DNA of 64,000 bases, from assembly GCA_027494115.1 (NCBI GenBank), contig JAOSJL010000001.1, positions 2,661,937 to 2,725,936 of the forward strand. The letters are read 5' to 3'. The position numbers and the translations under genes are program-made. This DNA is from Acidimicrobiia bacterium. GTDB taxonomy: Bacteria; Actinomycetota; Acidimicrobiia; IMCC26256; JAOSJL01. Below, piece after piece: positions 58,639-64,000 of the stretch. Each line of letters starts with the position of its first letter. Positions within the stretch are counted from its first letter, which is position 1. The notes beneath the pieces were generated by a model. The model was not told where the DNA came from and did not search any database. It saw only the letters and a program-made list of their open reading frames with translations.

Positions 58639-59671
58639 TCCACCTCTCTGTTCTCACCGGAGGGCACGATCAGCACCTTGCCCGGGATCTCACCGGTCTT
58701 CAGGCGCTTCATGGCGGACAGCATCTCCTCGAGCGGGACATCGGTCGACTCCACGAGATCCTCCAACGGCAGTGAACCCTGGGCCAAGAGGTCGAGTGCC
58801 GCCCTGAAGTCCCGCTGTCCCGACGCGCAGGGAACCGGTCACGACGAGTTCGTTCAGCAGGATCCGGTTCGGGTCGAAGCTCGGAAACTCCAAACCGGCG
58901 CCGATGATCACCAGCGTGCCGGTCACCGCGAGTTGTCCGAGACACGCCTCGACGGCGGTCGCACTGCCGGAACACTCGAGTGCCACGTCGAACGGTTCCT
59001 CGACGATCTCGTTGGGTGAGCCCGGTGTGACGAGTTCCGACGGATCCCACGCCGTGGCGCCCAACCGCCGCGCGAGATCCTGACGCCGCGGAGCGGGCTC
59101 GCTGACGACGATCTCTCGAACGCCTCTCGCTCGGAGAACAGCGACGGCGAGCGCGCCGATCGGTCCTGATCCCGAGACGAGAACCCGGCTCCCGGCATCG
59201 ATCTCGGCGCGACCCAGAGCGTGCAACGCCACGGCGAGCGGTTCCGCGAGTGCCGCGTGGCGAAGGTCGAGTCCTGCGGGCGGGTGCAGGAGATCACGGC
59301 CACGAGCAACGACGTACTCGGCGAAGGCCCCCTGGAACTCCGACTCACCCAGCGGCGCGCGATCCTCGCACAGCGACGTTCGTGTCTCGAGGCAGTGGAC
59401 GCACGTCCCCACACGGCGCCGGCGGCCCGCCGACCGCGAGATCCCCCGGCGCCCAATCGGATACGTCGGCGCCGACCGCTACGACCCTTCCCGTGTACTC
59501 GTGGCCTCCCACCGAATCGGGGATACCCCACCCGTCGAGGACGGCATGGAGATCGGTACCGCACACGCCGCAGTGGTGGACGGCGACAAGCACGTCGTCA
59601 GGACCGGGCTCGGGTACCGGGATCTCGTGGATGTCGAGAAGGCCACGGCGCCGGTAGACGGCGGCACGCAT
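58635..59671 (-). pseudogene. zinc-dependent alcohol dehydrogenase (MDR family), two frameshifts
   Basis: MRAAVYRRRGLLDIHEIPVPEPG...CGVCGTDLH...GHEYTG | CGTCVHCLETRTSLC...VSGSGPIGA... | RDFRAALDLLAQGSLPLEDLV...GKVLIVP*. There are extra bases at C-run 59407-59410 and within 58811-58821. Span is 1037 nt (3n+2). Confidence 0.75.
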
Positions 59672-59738
59672 CGTGTTTGGCAGACCTGTCGTCGGGAGCA
59701 TTCCTGCAGAGCGATCGCGATTCGTCATCGCGTCCTCA

Positions 59739-60934
59739 TCAGGCGCGAGGCAGCCCGAGTACGCGCTCCGCGATGATGTTGCGCTGAATCTCGCTCGTGC
59801 CGCCCGGGATCGTCCCCCGAAGGAACTCAGGTACTGGACTCCCCACGAGCCCGGTCGCAACAACGTGAACCCGGGGATGTCGTCATCGACGGCCGCCGCC
59901 CCCATCGCCTCGGTCCCTTCGAGGCAGACGCGCTGGACCGCTTCACCCCCGAACAGCTTCAGTAGTGAGTGCTCCGGCGAGCTCTTTCCGGCCAGGAACT
60001 TCGAGAATCCCCGGTAGCCGAGGGCGAGCATGGCGGTGGCATCGATGTAGGCATCCGCAACACGGTCGGCGAACCGGGGATCGTCGGCGATCATGCCTCC
60101 GTGCGCGGCCGGACGTTCGCCCACGCTCCGCAGAGCGTCGGCTGCATGCTGGAGGTCGTAGGCGTAGCCGATCCACAGCATCGCCCGTTCATGGGCGAGC
60201 GAGCCGCCGGCGATCGGCCACCCCTTGTCGAGCTCGCCGAGCAGGTTCGCGCGCGGGACACGGACGTCGGTGAAAAAGACCTCGTTGAAGTCGGTGCGTT
60301 CGGGATCGGTGAGCTCGGCGAACGGGCGCACCTCGATCCCCGCACTCGTCATGTCGACGATGAGGACGCTGATGCCCCGGTGCTTCGGAGCGTCGGGATT
60401 GGTACGGACGAACAGAAGACACCAGTCGGAGTGGTGTGCCCCCGACGTCCAGACCTTCTGGCCGTTGACGACGAACTCATCGCCGTCGAGCACGGCCGAT
60501 GTCTGGAGACTGGCCAGATCGCTTCCGGCGTTGGGCTCGCTCATGCCGATGCACCAGGCGATCTCCGCACGCAGGGTGGGCAACACGAACGCCTCACGCT
60601 GGTCGTCGGTCCCGAAATCGTTGATCGACGGCGACACGATGCCGAGGCCCTGCGGGTTGGTGCTGCGGTGGAGCCCGGCCCGTGAGATCTCCTCGAAGTA
60701 GATCATCTGCTGGACCGGGGTGGCGTTGCGCCCGCCCATCTCGGGCGGCCAACCGGGGACGAGCCATCCGGCGTCGAAGAGGCTCCGCTGCCACTCACGG
60801 GCCCACGGGCGCAGATCCGCCGACGACCGGGGAGGATCCGACTCGCGGACCGCGGCGTCAGGGGTGTTGTCCGCGAGCCAGGCGAGGAGCTCGGCGCGGA
60901 ATGCCTCGTCCGCGTCGCTGTAGTGGAGGTCCAC
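59739..60934 (-). pseudogene. acyl-CoA dehydrogenase, frameshifted near the 3' end
   Basis: MDLHYSDADEAFRAELLAWL...GMSEPNAGSD...YLSSFGG continues in another frame as TIPGGTSEIQRNIIAERVLGLPRA*. One base is missing in the C5 run 59814-59818. Track ORF 59345..60934 is an artefactual read-through into the ADH gene. Confidence 0.8.
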
Positions 60935-60999
60935 GGGGCTCAGACCCTACTCCCGAACCTGACAGGCGCGTCGGAGAACGCAGGGGAGGCTGCGGGCGG

Positions 61000-62169
61000 T
61001 CAGGGCGTGACGGGTCCGAGGTCGGACCGCCAGAGGGAGAACAGTGCCGGGAGGTCGGCGTCGTCCCCGGCGGCCTCGACTCTCGCCAGGACACCCACCG
61101 CATCGGTGGTCCACACGACCGCCGCTCTCTCGGCGGTCATCTCGCAGCGATAGCGGCCGGCGGGAGGATCGCCGGCCGACCGGCTCCATGCCCGCTCCTC
61201 CACCTCGCCCTCGGCGCACCGCGCGGGGCCCGCCAGGTCGGTCGGGCCCCGCAAACCCGGCGGCGCGTCAGCCGTGAAGGCTGCCGACATGGTGTCGGCG
61301 TCGTCGAAGAGCGTGTACTCGAGTTGTCGTCCGTCGTCCTCGCACTCGACGGAAGCCGCGACACCCGAGGTGGCTGTGACCGCTGCGTCCACCGGGCGGC
61401 ACGCATCTCGAAGTGTGACCGGCACGAACTCCGAGAGTGTCGCCGCAGCATCCTGACCCGGGGCCCCTGTGGTGGTCGTCACCCGGACCCCCGTCGGGGG
61501 CGCTACGTCATCGTGTGGGGCAGGTGCGGCCGTTCCGCCCGAGGACCGCGTCACGAGCACCAAGAGCAAACCGACGACCCCGAGAACCGCGACGGCCACC
61601 AGAACGAGTCTTCGCGACCCGCTCATGGCGAACCCGCGCATCGGCCGGGGCAGATCGTCCCAGAACCCTGTGCGATCGAGCTCGCCACCCGGAAGGGGGG
61701 CGACCGCGACCCGCGCCGCCTCCACCAGCGATGCACAGCTCGTGGCGCGTCGCCCTGTGACCGGATCGTGACCCTGCGAGAGCGCGCGGCGGTCATCGGG
61801 GCCGAGCGTGCGCACCAGGCCTCGCACCAGGAGCGAACCGAAACTCACGTAGTCACCGGCGATGGAAGGACGGTCGGCTGCGATCGAAGGGCGGTCGCCG
61901 GCGATGGAAGAGCGGTCGGACCCGCCCCCGGAACGGGCGTCGGGTTCGGTGTCGAAGGGTTCGGGGGGGAGGATCTCCACATCGACGCCCCGGTCCCCGA
62001 CCGTGATCATGATGCGGTCGGCGGCGACCGTCCCATGGGCTCTTCCTCGCCGGTGTAGGGCATCGAGGGTGGCGGCCACCGGCGTGAGCACGGCGCACGC
62101 CACATCCACCGGCAGGTCGGCCCCGCGCCTCAGCAGCGAATCCAGAGACCGTGTCACACATTCTGTCAC
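61000..62169 (-). CDS. membrane protein with a degenerate, N-terminally truncated Ser/Thr-kinase-like domain (pseudokinase) and an extracytoplasmic Cys-containing domain
   Basis: LDALHRRGRAHGTVAADRIMI aligns to the kinase HRDxKPxN catalytic loop but lacks the Asp, Lys and Asn. There is no Gly-loop/VAIK lobe and no DFG. GDYVSFGSLLVRGL resembles subdomain IX. A TM helix (LVLVAVAVLGVVGLLLVLV) precedes a ~190-aa domain with 4 Cys. Confidence 0.6.
   Translation of the reverse strand: MTECVTRSLDSLLRRGADLPVDVACAVLTPVAATLDALHRRGRAHGTVAADRIMITVGDRGVDVEILPPEPFDTEPDARSGGGSDRSSIAGDRPSIAADRPSIAGDYVSFGSLLVRGLVRTLGPDDRRALSQGHDPVTGRRATSCASLVEAARVAVAPLPGGELDRTGFWDDLPRPMRGFAMSGSRRLVLVAVAVLGVVGLLLVLVTRSSGGTAAPAPHDDVAPPTGVRVTTTTGAPGQDAAATLSEFVPVTLRDACRPVDAAVTATSGVAASVECEDDGRQLEYTLFDDADTMSAAFTADAPPGLRGPTDLAGPARCAEGEVEERAWSRSAGDPPAGRYRCEMTAERAAVVWTTDAVGVLARVEAAGDDADLPALFSLWRSDLGPVTP
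61855..61917. repeat. 21-bp imperfect tandem repeat x3 (encodes DR(S/P)SIA(G/A) heptads)
   Basis: ACCGGCGATGGAAGGACGGTC / GGCTGCGATCGAAGGGCGGTC / GCCGGCGATGGAAGAGCGGTC, inside the pseudokinase gene. Confidence 0.85.
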
Positions 62170-62222
62170 ATTCTGAGACTATGTCATGTGTACCCGCCTC
62201 ACAAGAGCCATCTCTCCCGGGA

Positions 62223-63472
62223 TCAGCCGGCGTTGAGGAGCAGGCAGCCGGCGAGAGGTCCGCCACCTGCGGCCGCCACTCCCACGGTCGGGCCACCCGC
62301 GACCTGTCGCTCTCCCGCGTCGCCGCGCAGCTGGGTGACCGCCTCGTGCAGGAACCCGTAGCCGTGGAGACGGCCGCCCGAGAGCTGGCCGCCCTGTGTG
62401 TTGAGGGGGAGGTCGCCGTCCAGGGCGATCCGTCCCCCTCCCTCGATGAAGGGACCGCTCTCCCCCGCCCGCAGAATCCGAGTGCCTCGAGCCAGGTCAT
62501 CGTGATGAAGCTGAACCCGTCGTAGAGCTCGGCCACGTGGACGTCGGCCGGCGTCAGGTCGGTCCGCGTCCAGAGCTGCTCACCGGCGTCGCGGCTCGCC
62601 ATAGTCGTGAGGTCGTCGAACTGGTCCCACGACGGTCGTCCGCGCATCGCGGAGCCCACTGCTTCCACGACGACCGGTCGATGCGGCATGTCGGCGGCCG
62701 TCTCCGCACGGGAGACGATCATGGCGGTGGCACCGTCGGCGGGGGCGTCGCAGTCGAACAGGCAGAACGGCGTCGTGATCATCCGTGCGGCGAGGTAGTC
62801 GTCCATGGTCATCGGATCGCGGTACACGGCGTTCGGATTCAGCTGCGCGTTCTTCCGGGCGTTCAGCGCGATCTGTGCCATCTGCTCGCGGGTCGTCCCG
62901 AACTCGTGAAAGTGGCGTTGCGCATTCATGGCGAGCCAGATGGCCGCCGACGGTGCAGCGAAAGGAAGGGTCCACTGCATGTACGCAGGAGCACGAAAGC
63001 CATCGCCGCTGTCCTCCCCACCACCGTTCCCACCGCTGCTCTCATCCGAACCGGCGCCGGGCATGACGCCGGCCCGCCCCTTGTCGCCCTGGGCGGTGGC
63101 CTCCCAAACGGAGCGAAAACACAGCACGTGGTCGGCCAGTCCCGCGGCGACGGCCAGGCAGGCGTCGATCACCGATCCGAGTTGGCCGGGGAGCTCGATA
63201 CCGCCCGTGAACCACCCGAGCTCGAGACGCAGAGCGTCCTGCACCTCGACGACGCCGGCACCCGAGAATCCGGGAGGTGTCCCGCCTCCACCCGGATAGG
63301 TGGCGATGCCGTCGATGTCGGCGCGTGAGAGCCCCGCGTCATCGATGGCGAGGAGGCACGCGTCGAGGGTGAGGTCGAGAGGGTCGCGGCCGATCCGTCG
63401 GCCCACCTGCGACTGGCCCAACCCGGTGATCGCCGTGCGTTGTTCGATCCGCATATCGCTCGCGATCGTCAC
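62223..63472 (-). pseudogene. thiolase-like protein (SCP-x/lipid-transfer type, DUF35 partner), frameshifted near the 3' end
   Basis: MTIASDMRIEQRTAITGLGQSQVGR...ELYDGFSFITMTWLEALGFCGRG continues in another frame as ESGPFIEGGGRIALDGDLPLNTQGGQLSGGRLHGYGFLHEAVTQLRG...LLLNAG*. One base is missing in the C5 run 62462-62466. Track ORF 61853..63472 over-extends. Confidence 0.8.
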
Positions 63473-63948
63473 GACGCATCCCTCGCGGCATCGACCGATT
63501 CACCGGCGGCGACAAAGGGCTCGAAGAGGGGGATCCACACGTCGTCGTAGTGCTCGAAGACCACCTGCACGGCCATACCGATCTCCACGTCGCCGGGAGG
63601 GCATCCGACGATGTTCGTCGTGAGCCTCAGGTCAGCCTGCTCGGCGATCTCGACGATCGCCACGACGTAGGGAAGTTCGGGGCCGGGCATCCACGGCTGG
63701 TGATTGATCGTGAACGTGTGAACCGTTGCCCGTCCCGACACCGGCTCGGGGGCCAGTTCGCGTCCTTCGCAGCTCGGGCAGAAGGGCACCGGAGGATGAA
63801 CGAAGTATCCGCACGACTGACACCGCAGGAAGACGAGCTCCCCCCGCTCGCCGCCGGTCCAGAAGGCCCGGTTGAGATCGTCTATGCGAGGGAGGATCCG
63901 GAACGGCTTGTCGGTCTCCTCGACCTCGGGAACATCTGTGTCACTCAC
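63469..63948 (-). CDS. Zn-ribbon/OB-fold DUF35 family protein
   Basis: CQSCGYFVHPPVPFCPSC Zn ribbon followed by an OB-fold segment (GRATVHTFTINH...VVAIVEI). The stop overlaps the thiolase-like start by 4 nt. Confidence 0.85.
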   Translation of the reverse strand: MSDTDVPEVEETDKPFRILPRIDDLNRAFWTGGERGELVFLRCQSCGYFVHPPVPFCPSCEGRELAPEPVSGRATVHTFTINHQPWMPGPELPYVVAIVEIAEQADLRLTTNIVGCPPGDVEIGMAVQVVFEHYDDVWIPLFEPFVAAGESVDAARDAS

Positions 63949-64000
63949 GCGTCAGGCACAGGCTCGTCACTCGACCTCGGCGTCGAGCGCGGCGTCGAAG

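Noticed and set aside
59345-60934. 529-aa ORF read as an acyl-CoA dehydrogenase / alcohol dehydrogenase fusion protein.
   Set aside because: The ACAD C-terminal signature (GGTSEIQRNIIAERVLGLP, then stop at 59739) is intact in a neighbouring frame. The apparent fusion is read-through caused by a missing base at 59814-59818.
5927-62466. Homopolymer frameshifts as programmed ribosomal frameshifting or phase-variable contingency loci.
   Set aside because: There are no slippery heptamer/pseudoknot contexts. The tracts are only 2-5 nt long. Sites are spread equally over metabolic and envelope genes, and both +1 and -1 errors occur. This is kept as a low-probability alternative in the frameshift finding.

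Overview
High-GC (roughly 68-70 %), gene-dense chromosomal window that looks actinobacterial; the genus cannot be determined from the sequence alone. All family calls come from motifs read in the translations, because no database search was possible.

Content by region:
- 0-3 kb: a peroxide-stress style module on the minus strand (DUF3501, CCG-type Fe-S protein, rubredoxin-less rubrerythrin, Fur/PerR-like regulator).
- 3-9.7 kb: assorted metabolism (KARI paralog, nonsense-interrupted DUF559 gene flanked by palindromic elements, class II aldolase, 2-hydroxyacid dehydrogenase, crotonase, thiolase-like protein).
- 9.6-17.5 kb: envelope sub-locus with a GT2-methyltransferase fusion, a small membrane protein, a methyltransferase and two tandem LtaS/EptA-like phosphotransferases.
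- 17.5-26.4 kb: a TetR-associated CoA-ester catabolic cluster (3 acyl-CoA dehydrogenases, 2 crotonases, Zn-ADH, amidohydrolase), plus an O-methyltransferase and a cupin.
- 26.4-58.1 kb: the most interesting part, a continuous envelope-glycan assembly and decoration locus. It holds a metallophosphoesterase, four AT3-SGNH O-acyltransferase paralogs, a double methyltransferase, three GT4 enzymes and two ~1460-aa AftD-like GT-C proteins. It also holds three more polytopic GT-C-like proteins, a second GT2-methyltransferase fusion and an FAD enzyme.
- 58-64 kb: VOC protein, Zn-ADH, acyl-CoA dehydrogenase, an N-terminally truncated pseudokinase membrane protein, and a thiolase-like/DUF35 pair.

No rRNA, tRNA, CRISPR array, transposase, integrase or recognisable defence genes were seen.

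Major caveat: at least 17 single-base indels and one in-frame stop interrupt 14 otherwise well-conserved genes, and most of the indels I could place lie in short G/C (once A/T) homopolymers. The rate is similar in envelope and metabolic genes, so this most likely reflects homopolymer sequencing error. Those genes are reported over their full reconstructed span as pseudogene or frameshifted. Most long antisense ORFs in the track are high-GC artefacts.
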